Source: an uncultured Clostridia bacterium (GTDB taxonomy: Bacteria; Bacillota; Clostridia; TANB77; CAG-508). Taken from it: a stretch of DNA of 64,000 nucleotides. The translations under genes were made by a program, and so were the position numbers. The stretch covers positions 93,414-157,413 of the forward strand of contig CAKPGC010000001.1 of NCBI GenBank assembly GCA_934154445.1, given 5' to 3'. The notes beneath the pieces were generated by a model. The model made no database searches. It was given only the letters and a program-made list of their open reading frames with translations, and was not told the DNA's origin. Below are positions 29,786-40,116 of the stretch, in pieces; the stretch's first letter is position 1, and each line of letters begins with the position of its first letter.

Positions 29786-30241
29786 GTGATTAATGTGGCG
29801 TATTCCGAAAGAGAGCTATTAGCAAGAATGGTACAATGTGAAGCAGGCGGAGAAGGTGATAATGGTATGAAGGCTGTTGCATCTGTAATAATGAACAGGG
29901 TGAATGTACCCGTAGGAGAATATTCTAGGGTATCACAAGGTGGAAATATTAGAAATATTTTATTCCAAGAAGGTCAATTTGACTGTGCAAGAGAATCAAT
30001 TAGGAATCAATACAACGCTCAAAATATATATAATATGAATCCAACTGATATACATTACAACATAGCTGATTGGGCTTTAGCAGGAAATAGACTCTCAGAA
30101 ACTGGTGAATGCTTATGGTATTTAAATCCTTTTAAACCAACTTGTAATTCCCTTTTTCCTTCAAATGGTTCAGGAACGTTTCACACTAGAATTGCCAATC
30201 ATTGTTTTTACAGGCCTACTGCCTTGTATTCAGAAACTTAA
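29786..30241 (+). CDS. cwlJ: spore cortex cell-wall hydrolase, CwlJ/SleB catalytic-domain family
   Basis: ELLARMVQCEAGGEG...ASVIMNRVN Hydrolase_2 signature; 151 aa. Confidence 0.75.
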   Translation: MINVAYSERELLARMVQCEAGGEGDNGMKAVASVIMNRVNVPVGEYSRVSQGGNIRNILFQEGQFDCARESIRNQYNAQNIYNMNPTDIHYNIADWALAGNRLSETGECLWYLNPFKPTCNSLFPSNGSGTFHTRIANHCFYRPTALYSET

Positions 30242-30255
30242 TTTTGGAGGTTATT

Positions 30256-30573
30256 ATGAACGAAAACTTAAATAATACAAATGAAAAAAGAAATGTTGTT
30301 ACTAATTCTAATTCACCAGAGATATTAACAAATAATATATATACTCCTGCTTTTTTAAGAGAACAAATTGGAAAATTAGTAAGAGTTGAATTTCTTATAG
30401 GCACTAATAATCTAACTGATAGAACTGGTATTTTAGAAGATGTTGGTGCAAGTTATATTTTATTAAGATTAATTGAAAGTGGTAATTTGCTTTATTGTGA
30501 TATTTACTCTATAAAATTTGTATCTATCGCAGAATATCCTTATAGACCTGGAATATATGGTTATCAAATGTAA
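30256..30573 (+). CDS. gerQ: GerQ-like spore coat protein (CwlJ partner)
   Basis: Start re-placed at ATG 30256 (GGAGG RBS). GerQ-like C-terminal region; adjacency to a cwlJ-like gene mirrors B. subtilis cwlJ-gerQ. Confidence 0.5.
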   Translation: MNENLNNTNEKRNVVTNSNSPEILTNNIYTPAFLREQIGKLVRVEFLIGTNNLTDRTGILEDVGASYILLRLIESGNLLYCDIYSIKFVSIAEYPYRPGIYGYQM

Positions 30574-30797
30574 AAAGGTTCTAATACCTTTTTATTTCTT
30601 TTGGAATGATTATTTTACCAGTTATTTTATTTCTTGGTTTTTCTATTTCATATAACATATTTAACAAATCATTTTCTTTCTTAAAAAATATTGCAAAGAG
30701 ATTTTTTCTTATACTAGTAAATATATCATCTTTGACAATTATTAATCCTGTCTCAGCTCTTTTACTCATATTAGTTCCTCTTTTTATATAATTTACT

Positions 30798-30842
30798 TAA
30801 AAAGTTGTCAAAAAGGGATATCCCTATTGACAACTTTTTATT
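30798..30842. repeat. long imperfect palindrome (family member) forming a bidirectional terminator; overlaps the last proS codons
   Basis: AAAAGTTGTCAAAAAGGGATATCCCTATTGACAACTTTTT; on the minus strand ...AAAAGTTGTCAATAG encodes K-S-C-Q-stop of proS. Confidence 0.65.
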
Positions 30843-32092
30843 AATTCATCAATTGAAAATACTTCTTTTTCTCCTGTTTTTGAGTTCTCTAATTCGTATT
30901 TTCCTTCTTCAAACTTCTTGCCCATTACAATCATAAAAGGTGTTCCTAAGGCATATACATCATTAATTCTATTTCCCATATTTAAATTTTCTCTATCATC
31001 AATAATTACTTTAATACCACTATCTTGAAGTTTATTATATAATTCAAATGCTTTTTCCTTATTTTCTTCACTATATATAATTTGTACTTTATAAGGTGCA
31101 ATATTTTTTGGTATTGCAAACCCCTTAATTTTTTCATTTTTAATAATAATATTATTTTCTATTATAGTTGCAATTATTCTTCCTAGTCCTATTCCATAAC
31201 ATCCCATATAATAAGGTTTACTTTGTCCGTTTTCGTCTTGATATGTTAATCCCATTGCTTCAGAATATTTTGTTCCTAATTCAAAATTATTTCCTAATTC
31301 AACAGAATTATATTCTTTCATATCTTCTAGACTTAAACCTTGTAATCTATCTATAAATGTTTCTTTATCTTCAAAGTCTAGGACTTCTTTATTAATTCCA
31401 ACATTTTTTTCTTCATTATATAAAATGATATCTTCACCTAGTTTTGTAATGGCTTGAAATTCTTCAGATACTCTTCCACCCATTGTTCCGCCGTCACTTA
31501 CTACTGGTATAATATTAATACCTATTCTTTTAAATATGTTCATATACACATCATGCATTTTTTCAAATGTTTTGTGCATATCTTCTTGTGTTTTATCAAA
31601 TGAATATGCATCCATCATAACAAATGTACGTGGTCTAAATAAATATCCTCTTGCTCTAATTTCCTTTCTGAACTTTTCTCCAATTTGATAATATGTTGCT
31701 GGCAAATTTTTATATGATAATAATCTATTTGCACCAAATATTGTAGCACATTCCTCTGCTGTTGGAGCTAATCCATAATCTCCTAAATTATTACTCATAT
31801 TAAACATTATATCAGCTTCTTTTGTATATACATCCCATCTTCCAGATTGCTCCCATATTTTTTTAGGCTGTAATTTTGGGAACTCTGCTTGTATACAATC
31901 TGCCTTGTCTAATTCATCAATAATTATGTTTTCAACTATTCTTTCAATTTTGGTCCATATATTTCCATATCCAAAAATCCCACTTTCAAATTGATACAAT
32001 TCTCCTAATTTCATTAATATATCTTGTCCTGAATAATTTTTATCTATATCATTAAAGTTAATTTTCTTTGGGTTTAATTTACTTAATTTCAT
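30824..32092 (-). CDS. proS: proline--tRNA ligase, short form lacking the editing (INS) domain
   Basis: Class II aaRS motifs align with ProRS (LQPKKIWEQSGRWDVY, LAPTAEE, SYKNLPATYYQIGEKFRKEIRARGYLFRPRTFVMMDAYSF), but only 422 aa. Confidence 0.75.
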   Translation of the reverse strand: MKLSKLNPKKINFNDIDKNYSGQDILMKLGELYQFESGIFGYGNIWTKIERIVENIIIDELDKADCIQAEFPKLQPKKIWEQSGRWDVYTKEADIMFNMSNNLGDYGLAPTAEECATIFGANRLLSYKNLPATYYQIGEKFRKEIRARGYLFRPRTFVMMDAYSFDKTQEDMHKTFEKMHDVYMNIFKRIGINIIPVVSDGGTMGGRVSEEFQAITKLGEDIILYNEEKNVGINKEVLDFEDKETFIDRLQGLSLEDMKEYNSVELGNNFELGTKYSEAMGLTYQDENGQSKPYYMGCYGIGLGRIIATIIENNIIIKNEKIKGFAIPKNIAPYKVQIIYSEENKEKAFELYNKLQDSGIKVIIDDRENLNMGNRINDVYALGTPFMIVMGKKFEEGKYELENSKTGEKEVFSIDELIKSCQ

Positions 32093-32110
32093 TTTGATCC
32101 TTCTTTCTTA

Positions 32111-32728
32111 TTACTCTTCATTATTCTCATTATCTTTTTTATCTTCTTCCCTTTCGGGTTCTGGAGCCTCTTTTTCAACTAAATCATCAATTACTATTTG
32201 TTGATTTTCATCTAATTTATATCTTGGAAGCTCTGGTAAGTCATTTAATGATGTGTATCCAAACATTTTTAAAAATGCATTGGTTGTTACATAAGTCATT
32301 GGTTTTCCAGGTAAGTCTGCTTTCCCCGCTTCTTGTATCAATCCATATTCTAATAATTTATAAATACATGCATCAGCACTAACCCCTCTTATAGATTCAA
32401 TTTCAGCTCTTGTTATTTTAGGATTATATGCTATTATTGCAAGTGTTTCCAATGATGCATTTGACAAATTTGGTTTTGATCTCTTGTCTAATATTGGATA
32501 TATATATTCATATAACTCTTTTTTTGTACATAATTGATAACTATCTTCTATTTTTATAATTTCTATTCCTCTATTTTGACCTTTATAATCTTCTTGCATA
32601 GAAATTATTATATTTTCTAAATCATCTTTTGGCAATTCCAAAGCAATCATTAATTCTTTTTCATTTACCTGTCTTCCTGCCGCAAAAAGTATTGCTTCAA
32701 TTACTGATTTTATTTTTTCTATTTCCAT
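32111..32728 (-). CDS. scpB: segregation and condensation protein B
   Basis: MEIEKIKSVIEAILFAAGRQV... ScpB signature, 205 aa with acidic tail. Confidence 0.85.
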   Translation of the reverse strand: MEIEKIKSVIEAILFAAGRQVNEKELMIALELPKDDLENIIISMQEDYKGQNRGIEIIKIEDSYQLCTKKELYEYIYPILDKRSKPNLSNASLETLAIIAYNPKITRAEIESIRGVSADACIYKLLEYGLIQEAGKADLPGKPMTYVTTNAFLKMFGYTSLNDLPELPRYKLDENQQIVIDDLVEKEAPEPEREEDKKDNENNEE

Positions 32729-32756
32729 ATTTGATTATTTTCCTTTCTGGGTTTTG

Positions 32757-33857
32757 CTATATATAAATTTCACTATAATCTTGATTATTATTTCTTTCTT
32801 CACTAGATACATCTCTCTGATATTGTCTGTCAAGTCCTTCTATATATAAATCGTTATTTATAGATAAGATTGACATTTTCGCCTTCATACTTTGTATAAG
32901 ATAATCATGATAATTGGAATTAATATATGGATAATTTTTCATATATAAATATTCATCATTTAAACATTCATTTTGCAATAAAAATGATAAATTAGCATCT
33001 GCTCTTGCAATTTCCTTTGCAGCTTCAACATAACTATCTTTTAAAATTGTAGATAAAAAAGAATTTGTTGATTGTACAATTGTTTTGCTATTTCCATATA
33101 AGTCTATAAATTTATCTGTTATTGGCTGTTTTGATACACTTACTGTGTTATCAATGCTTTGTAAAAATGGTAATACATTTTCCGATTCTTTATATAAATC
33201 TGGTCTTATGCTTTTTGTATATTGCACTAATTGTAAAGTATAATCAATATCATTTTTATCACAATATATTACTATTTTTTCTCCTCTTGGTTTTGCAGAA
33301 TTTGCTAAATTTGAAGTAAACTTCATATAAAAATTAGGATTCTCATTATATGATAATATTAAGTTTGATAATTCAGATATATTGCCATTATTGCAATTTA
33401 TATATACTCTTAACATATCATTAAATTGTGGCATTTGGTATCCAACAGATTTTACATGATAAAATGTCGTCATATCTCTTGTTCCTTGTTGTTCCACTGA
33501 GTATTGTCCATTATTATATAATTGTTCTAGCAATTCTTGTTCATTATAATAATTTTGGTTAAATTCTTCCTGTGTAACCGGTTTTCCAGTCATTGTAACC
33601 AAAGCTTGATATGCCATTGTTCGTGTATTTATTGGTTGCAACATTATATCAGCATTTTCTATTATATTTGAATAAGAATGCAAAAAAGCATCTATTTCCA
33701 TATCCAATTTTGTAGGTTGATTATATTGGGCATTATGTAATATCCATTTTTTATTTTTTTTAACATTAGTGTTATATTCATTTGTTATTTGTGCTTCAGG
33801 TAATGCCTTTTGGTTTCTTTTTTTCCAAAAATTTCTTATCTTTTCTATTATACTCAT
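32757..33857 (-). CDS. hypothetical Asn/Tyr/Gln-rich protein occupying the position where scpA is expected
   Basis: 366 aa, no TM, no kleisin (ScpA) similarity by eye. Confidence 0.45.
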   Translation of the reverse strand: MSIIEKIRNFWKKRNQKALPEAQITNEYNTNVKKNKKWILHNAQYNQPTKLDMEIDAFLHSYSNIIENADIMLQPINTRTMAYQALVTMTGKPVTQEEFNQNYYNEQELLEQLYNNGQYSVEQQGTRDMTTFYHVKSVGYQMPQFNDMLRVYINCNNGNISELSNLILSYNENPNFYMKFTSNLANSAKPRGEKIVIYCDKNDIDYTLQLVQYTKSIRPDLYKESENVLPFLQSIDNTVSVSKQPITDKFIDLYGNSKTIVQSTNSFLSTILKDSYVEAAKEIARADANLSFLLQNECLNDEYLYMKNYPYINSNYHDYLIQSMKAKMSILSINNDLYIEGLDRQYQRDVSSEERNNNQDYSEIYI

Positions 33858-34017
33858 TTGTAAACTCCTACTTTTGTGATTTTATGTATCAATTATATTA
33901 TATTTTTTCTTAAAAATCAATGCTTGTAACACTTTTGTATGAATAATTTGTTTTTTCTTGATTATTCATTTTTTTTATGATATTATTTATTTAATATATT
34001 ATGGAGGTAAATTATAT

Positions 34018-34182
34018 GAGCGAAGATAAAAAAGATATTGAAATTGTTAATGGTGATGGTTCAAATTTAGATATTTCTCATGTATATGACCATATAAATC
34101 CTGCCAAACCAAAATCAAGTGATGACAAACCAAAAAATATTATAATTCCCGAAGAACACAAAAATGTTGATAAAAAATAAAT
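34018..34182 (+). CDS. small acidic/lysine-rich protein (54 aa), not in ORF track
   Basis: ATG preceded by GGAGG (tatGGAGGtaaattatATG); MSEDKKDIEIVNGDGSNLDISHVYDH... Confidence 0.3.
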
Positions 34183-34267
34183 TTTCTGTAAATCACTTGC
34201 AAAAAATATAAATTTATGGTAGAATATTTTACGTTATAGTGTAATAAGACTAAGAGGAGGTGCAAAC

Positions 34268-34534
34268 ATGCCAAATATTAAATCAGCAAAAAAGAGAGTT
34301 AAAGTAATTGAAAAGAAAACTTTAAGAAATAATATGATTAAATCTGCATATAAAACAGCTGTAAAAAAATTCGAACAAGCTATTGAAGCTGGAAATACTG
34401 AAGAAGCAAAAGTATTATTTTCAGAAGCTACAAAGAAAATAGATCAAGCTTGTACAAAAGGTGTTATAGTAAAAAACACAGCAGCTAGAAAAAAATCTAG
34501 TTTATCAAAAAAATTAAATGCTGCTATGGCTTAG
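34268..34534 (+). CDS. rpsT: 30S ribosomal protein S20
   Basis: [13 protein letters not shown]...; GAGGAGG RBS; TTGCAA-17-TAGAAT promoter upstream. Confidence 0.95.
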   Translation: MPNIKSAKKRVKVIEKKTLRNNMIKSAYKTAVKKFEQAIEAGNTEEAKVLFSEATKKIDQACTKGVIVKNTAARKKSSLSKKLNAAMA

Positions 34535-34569
34535 GCTAAAAATAAAAATTATGCATAGTTTTTGTTTTA

Positions 34570-34608
34570 AAAAAGAATTTCTAATTAGTTAGAAATTCTT
34601 TTTTTATT
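34570..34608 (+). terminator. rpsT intrinsic terminator
   Basis: AAAAAAGAATTTCTAATTAGTTAGAAATTCTTTTTTATT. Confidence 0.7.
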
Positions 34609-34689
34609 ATATAGTATTGGTAATATACTGACATGTATTTCCATTGATGTTTATATCTTTAAATGATATTATTTATATAGGTGATAATT

Positions 34690-34941
34690 ATGTTTAGAAA
34701 AATTTTTAATAGTTTTAAAAGTTTAGATAAATTAACTAAATTAATTATGGGTTATGGCATAAAATTTTGTTTTTTAATTTGTATTATTTCTCTTACAATT
34801 CTTCTTACATATAACATTTCATATACACTACCTATCCTATTTACTATTGGTTTCATTTTATTTAAATTAAGCTTAATATTTGGAATTGAATTTGTTATTT
34901 GTGGTTTTATTGTCGATGGAATAAAAAAACAAATAATATAA
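34690..34941 (+). CDS. small hydrophobic membrane protein, hypothetical
   Basis: Track start is a GTG; re-placed at ATG 34690 (AGGTGA RBS); two predicted TM helices. Confidence 0.4.
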   Translation: MFRKIFNSFKSLDKLTKLIMGYGIKFCFLICIISLTILLTYNISYTLPILFTIGFILFKLSLIFGIEFVICGFIVDGIKKQII

Positions 34942-34981
34942 AAAGAGGGATTAAGAGTCCAAGACTCATAATCCCTCAAAA

Positions 34982-36418
34982 TTATTTATTCAATTCAGCT
35001 AGAAACATTTCATTTAACATTTTTGGATTTGCTTTTCCTTTTGTTTCTTTCATAGCTTGCCCAACCAAAAATCCTAATGCTTTATCTTTTCCTGCTTTAA
35101 AATCTGCAACTGATTGAGGATTTGCTTCTAATATTTTCACCACAACCTCTTTAATTGCACCTTCATCAGAAATTTGAATCCATCCTTTTTCTTTTATAAT
35201 ATCTTCTGGATCTCTTGGGTTTTCGAACAATTCTGTTAAAACTTTTTTACCAATACTTGTACTAATTGTTCCTTTATCTATTAATACTATTAATTTTCCC
35301 AATTGATTTCCATCGAAAGGTATAGCTATTGGTTCTGTTTCTGTTTCATTTAATATTCTAGATATATCTGATATAATCCAATTATTAACTGCTTTTGGAT
35401 TATTACATACTTTTATAGCACTTTCAAATAAATCTGATAAATATTTTGATGCAGTAATAATATTAGCATCTTTTTCTGATAATTCATACTCTTCTAAATA
35501 TCTTTGTTTTCTACTTTCAGGTAATTCTGGTAAAGTTTTCTTGATATTTTCAATATATTCTTCTGAAAGTTTTATTGCAACTAAGTCTGGATCAGGGAAA
35601 TATCTATAATCTTGTGCATCCTCTTTGTCTCTCATTGGGAATGTTTTTCCTGATACATCATCCCATCTTAATGTTTCTTGGTCTATTTTTCCTCCATCTT
35701 CTATTACATCAATTTGTCTTTCAATTTCGTATTCAATAGCTCTTACAATGCTTCTAAATGAGTTCATATTTTTCATTTCTGTACGTGTTCCAAAAGGTGT
35801 TCCAGGTTTATGCACAGATACGTTAACGTCAGCTCTTAATGAACCTTCTTGCATTTTACAATCTGATACTTCAATGTATTCTAATATTGATTTTAACTTT
35901 CTCATATATGCTTCTACTTCTTCACTACTACGTAAATCAGGTTCAGATACTATTTCTATTAAAGGAACTCCAGCCCTATTTAAGTCAACTAAGCTTCCTC
36001 CTCCAAAATCATCATGATTTAATTTTCCAGCATCTTCTTCTATATGAATTCTTAATAATCTAATTTTCTTTTTACCATCTTGAGTATCAATCTCTATATA
36101 ACCATGCTCACAAAGTGGTTTGTCAAATTGAGATATTTGATATGATTTTGGTAAATCTGGATAATAATAATTCTTTCTATCATTTTTGCTATTTCTTGAT
36201 ATTTCACAATTAGTAGCCAATCCTGCTTTTACTGCATATTCAACAACCTTTTCGTTTAATACTGGTAGTGTTCCAGGCATTGCCATACAAACTGGGCATA
36301 CATGTGTGTTAGGTGCTGCACCAAATTCAGTTGGACAAGAGCAGAATATTTTTGTTTTTGTTGAAAGCTCTGCATGAACTTCTAGTCCTATTACGACTTC
36401 ATAATCATTTCTTGACAT
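34982..36418 (-). CDS. gatB: Asp-tRNA(Asn)/Glu-tRNA(Gln) amidotransferase subunit B
   Basis: 478 aa, canonical GatB N-terminus [18 protein letters not shown]. Confidence 0.95.
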   Translation of the reverse strand: MSRNDYEVVIGLEVHAELSTKTKIFCSCPTEFGAAPNTHVCPVCMAMPGTLPVLNEKVVEYAVKAGLATNCEISRNSKNDRKNYYYPDLPKSYQISQFDKPLCEHGYIEIDTQDGKKKIRLLRIHIEEDAGKLNHDDFGGGSLVDLNRAGVPLIEIVSEPDLRSSEEVEAYMRKLKSILEYIEVSDCKMQEGSLRADVNVSVHKPGTPFGTRTEMKNMNSFRSIVRAIEYEIERQIDVIEDGGKIDQETLRWDDVSGKTFPMRDKEDAQDYRYFPDPDLVAIKLSEEYIENIKKTLPELPESRKQRYLEEYELSEKDANIITASKYLSDLFESAIKVCNNPKAVNNWIISDISRILNETETEPIAIPFDGNQLGKLIVLIDKGTISTSIGKKVLTELFENPRDPEDIIKEKGWIQISDEGAIKEVVVKILEANPQSVADFKAGKDKALGFLVGQAMKETKGKANPKMLNEMFLAELNK

Positions 36419-37896
36419 TATTTAGCACCTCCCTTAAATTGTGGTTTATAGTTTTCTCTAAATTTAATTTTTTGTTCTAATGTATAAGCAGCATTTAAAA
36501 TTGTTTCTTCTTGGAATCTATTTCCAATTAATTGCATACCTATTGGCATTCCTTCTTTATCTACACCAACAGGAATTGATATTCCTGGAAGTCCTGCAAT
36601 GTTTACTGAAACTGTACATATATCTGCTAAATACATTTCCAATGGATTTGTTGATTTTGAACCTATATCAAATGCCACTGTTGGTGATGTTGGTGTAAGT
36701 ATTACATCATATTTTTCAAACGCTTTATTAAACTCATTCATAACTAATGTTCTAACTTGTTGTGCTTTTTTGTAATAAGCATCATAATATCCTGATGATA
36801 GCACATAAGTTCCAAGGATAATTCTTCTCTTTACTTCATCCCCAAATCCTTCACTTCTTGATTTTTTATAAAGTTCTTTTAAGTTTTTAAATTCTGGTGC
36901 TCTATATCCATAACGAATTCCATCAAATCTTCCTAAATTTGAACTTGCTTCTGCACAAGCAATTATATAATATGTTGCTAATGAATATTGGGCAATATCT
37001 AATGAAAATTCTTCAATTTCTGCACCCATATTTTTATATTCCTGTATTGCTTTTTCTAAAGCTTCTTTTACTTCTTCATTTATACCTTCACCAAAAAATT
37101 CTTTTGGAACTCCTATTTTTAAACCTTTTACATCGTTCTTCAACGCTTTTGTATAATCTTTTTTAGGCATATCTTCAGATGTTGTATCTCTTTCATCATG
37201 TCCAGCAATTAAGTTCAAAAGCATACTACAGTCTCTTACATCTTTTGTTATTGGCCCAATTTGATCAAGTGATGAGGCAAATGCTACTAAGCCATATCTT
37301 GAAACCAATCCATAAGTTGGTTTTAATCCAACTACACCACAGAAACTTGCAGGTTGCCTAATTGAACCACCTGTATCTGAGCCAAGTGCCCATGGAACTA
37401 AGTTTGCTGCAACAGCTGCTGCTGATCCTCCTGATGACCCTCCTGGTACTTTATTTAAGTTCCAAGGATTTTTTGTCTTTTTAAAATATGAATATTCTGT
37501 TGAACCTCCCATAGCAAATTCATCCATATTTAATTTTCCTAAATCTATAATATTTTCTGCATTTAATTTTTCTATTACTGTTGCATCATAAGGTGAAACA
37601 AAATTCTCTAACATTTTAGAACTACATGTTGTTTTTACACCCTTTGTACACATATTATCTTTTATTCCTATTGGAATACCAGCAAAGTCTCCTGATATTT
37701 CTCCCTTATCTATTTTATTTTGTATATCTTCAGCTTTTTCTAAAGCTTCTTGGGTTAATGTTGTTACGAATGCTTCAACATCTTTTTCTTTTTCATTTAT
37801 TCTGTCAACATAAGCTTTAGTTATTTCAGTTACTGTAAGTTCTTTATTTTTTAATTTTTCTTGTAACTCATGAACTGTTAATTCTGTAATATCCAT
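36418..37896 (-). CDS. gatA: Asp-tRNA(Asn)/Glu-tRNA(Gln) amidotransferase subunit A
   Basis: Amidase signature [12 protein letters not shown]; start re-placed at MDITELT (AGGAGG RBS); overlaps the gatB start by 1 nt. Confidence 0.9.
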   Translation of the reverse strand: MDITELTVHELQEKLKNKELTVTEITKAYVDRINEKEKDVEAFVTTLTQEALEKAEDIQNKIDKGEISGDFAGIPIGIKDNMCTKGVKTTCSSKMLENFVSPYDATVIEKLNAENIIDLGKLNMDEFAMGGSTEYSYFKKTKNPWNLNKVPGGSSGGSAAAVAANLVPWALGSDTGGSIRQPASFCGVVGLKPTYGLVSRYGLVAFASSLDQIGPITKDVRDCSMLLNLIAGHDERDTTSEDMPKKDYTKALKNDVKGLKIGVPKEFFGEGINEEVKEALEKAIQEYKNMGAEIEEFSLDIAQYSLATYYIIACAEASSNLGRFDGIRYGYRAPEFKNLKELYKKSRSEGFGDEVKRRIILGTYVLSSGYYDAYYKKAQQVRTLVMNEFNKAFEKYDVILTPTSPTVAFDIGSKSTNPLEMYLADICTVSVNIAGLPGISIPVGVDKEGMPIGMQLIGNRFQEETILNAAYTLEQKIKFRENYKPQFKGGAK

Positions 37897-37973
37897 ATTT
37901 TTCCTCCTTTTTAGATTCACAACTTTGCATTTTGCTCAGTTAGAATTTTACTTCAAAACGTTTTTTTAACATT

Positions 37974-38258
37974 TTAAAGAACTTTTGGTATTTTAAACAT
38001 ATTTTGTTCTTTTGATGGTGCATTTTGTAATAAAGCTCCATTATCTTCAAATATTTTTATTTCATCTTTTCTGAATACATTTTTCTTTTCATTTGCACCT
38101 ATTGTAACATCCAATCCATCAACTGGTGCATTATTTACTATATTAGCAAAATTTAATATGTCTTGTAAGTGTAACATATATTTTTCAATCTCATTTTCCT
38201 CTAATTCTAAGTCAGCCAATTTTGCAATGTGTAAAATTTCCTCTCTACTTATTTTCAT
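37974..38258 (-). CDS. gatC: amidotransferase subunit C
   Basis: 94 aa, MKISREEILHIAKLADLELEE... Confidence 0.9.
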   Translation of the reverse strand: MKISREEILHIAKLADLELEENEIEKYMLHLQDILNFANIVNNAPVDGLDVTIGANEKKNVFRKDEIKIFEDNGALLQNAPSKEQNMFKIPKVL

Positions 38259-38281
38259 ATAGGTTTTTCCTCCTTTTTATA

Positions 38282-40033
38282 TTAATGTTTTTCATCAATC
38301 ATAATGTGCACATCTCTTAATTGATCTCTTCTTACATTTCCAGGTGCCCCCATCATTAAATCTTGTGCTTTGCTATTTAATGGGAATGCTATAACTTCTC
38401 TAATTGTTTCTGAATTTGTTAATAACATTAGCATTCTGTCAATTCCAGGTGCAATTCCTGCATGTGGTGGAGCACCAAATTGGAATGCAGTATATAATGC
38501 TCCAAATTTTGTTTTTACTTCTTCTTCTGTGTAACCAGCCATGCTAAATGCTTTAAGCATTATTTGTATATCATGATTTCTTACAGCTCCTGAAGAAAGT
38601 TCTATTCCATTACATACTATATCATATTGATATGCTAAGATGTCTAATGGATTTTGATTTTCTAGTGCTTCAAGTCCTCCTTGTGGCATTGAAAATGGAT
38701 TATGACTAAATGCTAATTTTTCTTGTTCATCTAACTCAAACATAGGGAAGTCAATTATCCAACAAAATTGAAATACATCTTCATCTATCAAATTCAATCT
38801 ATTTCCAAGTTCAGTTCTTATTTGTCCTGCAAGTTCTGTTGCTCTTTTTTCATTATCTGCAATAAAGAAAATTGTATCTTCTTTTTCTAGATCTGCTAAT
38901 TTCAACAATTCCTTTTTTAAGTTATCTGGAATAAATTTATCAATTGGTCCTTTAAAGCTTAGATCTTCTTGCACTTCCAAATATCCTAGTCCACCCATTC
39001 CAATTGACATCGCATAATCTAACATTTTTTCATGGAATCCCTTAGAAAGATGTCCCTTAACCTTTATAGCTCTTACTGTTCTATCAATAAATGGCTTAAA
39101 TGTACATTTTTTAAAGAAATCTGATAAGTCTATAATATATAATGGATTTCTTAAATCTGGTTTGTCTGAACCGTATTTAAGCATTGCATCTTTGTATGTG
39201 ATTCTTGGGAATGGATATTTTGCAATCTTTTTATCAGAGAATTTTTTAAATGTGTTATACATTACTGGTTCCATTACTTGGAAAACATCCTCTTGAGTGC
39301 TAAATGCCATTTCCATATCTAATTGATAAAACTCACCTGGAGCTCTATCTGCTCTTGCATCTTCATCTCTAAAACAAGGTGCAATTTGAAAATATTTATC
39401 AATTCCAGAAACCATTAGCAATTGTTTAAATTGTTGAGGAGCTTGTGGTAAAGCATAAAATTTTCCAGGATGTAATCTACTTGGCACTAAATAATCTCTT
39501 GCTCCTTCTGGTGATGAACTTGTAAGTATTGGTGTTTGAACCTCTAAAAATCCTTGTTCTTGCATTTGATTTCTTAGAAATTGTAAAACTTGAGCACGTA
39601 ATTTTAAATTATTTTGTAACCTTTCATTTCTTAAGTCCAAATATCTATATTGAAGTCTTAAATCTTCTCTTATTTCTTGGTTTGTATTTACTTCAAAAGG
39701 CAAATTTTTAACTCTTTTCCCTAAAACAGTAATTTCCTCTATTTTAATTTCTACAAGTCCTGTTTTTATTTTTGGATTAACTGTTTCTTCATCTCTTTTT
39801 TTAACTGTTCCATAAACTGTAACTGTTGATTCAATTGGAATATGTGATGCAAAATCCACATCTGCTTCTTCTCCAGATGTTACAACTTGTGTAATTCCAT
39901 ACATATCTCTTATGTCTAAGAAAACTAAACCTCCTAAATCACGAATAGTTTCTACCCATCCTGCTATTCTTACTTTTTTTCCTACATCTTCCAAACTAAT
40001 TTCATTACAAGTGTGAGTCTTATACTCGTTCAT
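38282..40033 (-). CDS. aspS: aspartate--tRNA ligase (probably non-discriminating, given the gatCAB operon)
   Basis: 583 aa class IIb aaRS with OB anticodon-binding domain; motif FRDEDARADR; GAPPHAGIAPGIDR. Confidence 0.95.
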   Translation of the reverse strand: MNEYKTHTCNEISLEDVGKKVRIAGWVETIRDLGGLVFLDIRDMYGITQVVTSGEEADVDFASHIPIESTVTVYGTVKKRDEETVNPKIKTGLVEIKIEEITVLGKRVKNLPFEVNTNQEIREDLRLQYRYLDLRNERLQNNLKLRAQVLQFLRNQMQEQGFLEVQTPILTSSSPEGARDYLVPSRLHPGKFYALPQAPQQFKQLLMVSGIDKYFQIAPCFRDEDARADRAPGEFYQLDMEMAFSTQEDVFQVMEPVMYNTFKKFSDKKIAKYPFPRITYKDAMLKYGSDKPDLRNPLYIIDLSDFFKKCTFKPFIDRTVRAIKVKGHLSKGFHEKMLDYAMSIGMGGLGYLEVQEDLSFKGPIDKFIPDNLKKELLKLADLEKEDTIFFIADNEKRATELAGQIRTELGNRLNLIDEDVFQFCWIIDFPMFELDEQEKLAFSHNPFSMPQGGLEALENQNPLDILAYQYDIVCNGIELSSGAVRNHDIQIMLKAFSMAGYTEEEVKTKFGALYTAFQFGAPPHAGIAPGIDRMLMLLTNSETIREVIAFPLNSKAQDLMMGAPGNVRRDQLRDVHIMIDEKH

Positions 40034-40040
40034 TTTTTAC

Positions 40041-40116
40041 CTCCTAAAAAGTTGTCGAAAGGGACACTCCCTTTTTTGACAATATATTTTTTGTTGTCAA
40101 AAGGACATACCTTTTG
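40041..40116. repeat. two tandem copies of the TTGTCAA...TTGACAA palindrome family between the T-box terminator and the aspS SD
   Basis: AAAAGTTGTCGAAAGGGACACTCCCTTTTTTGACAA and TTGTTGTCAAAAGGACATACCTTTTGACAAGTTTTT. Confidence 0.6.

Noticed and set aside
32757-33857. Tried to call this 366-aa gene scpA because it precedes scpB
   Set aside because: No kleisin-like N-terminal winged helix or conserved ScpA motifs are recognisable; left as hypothetical.
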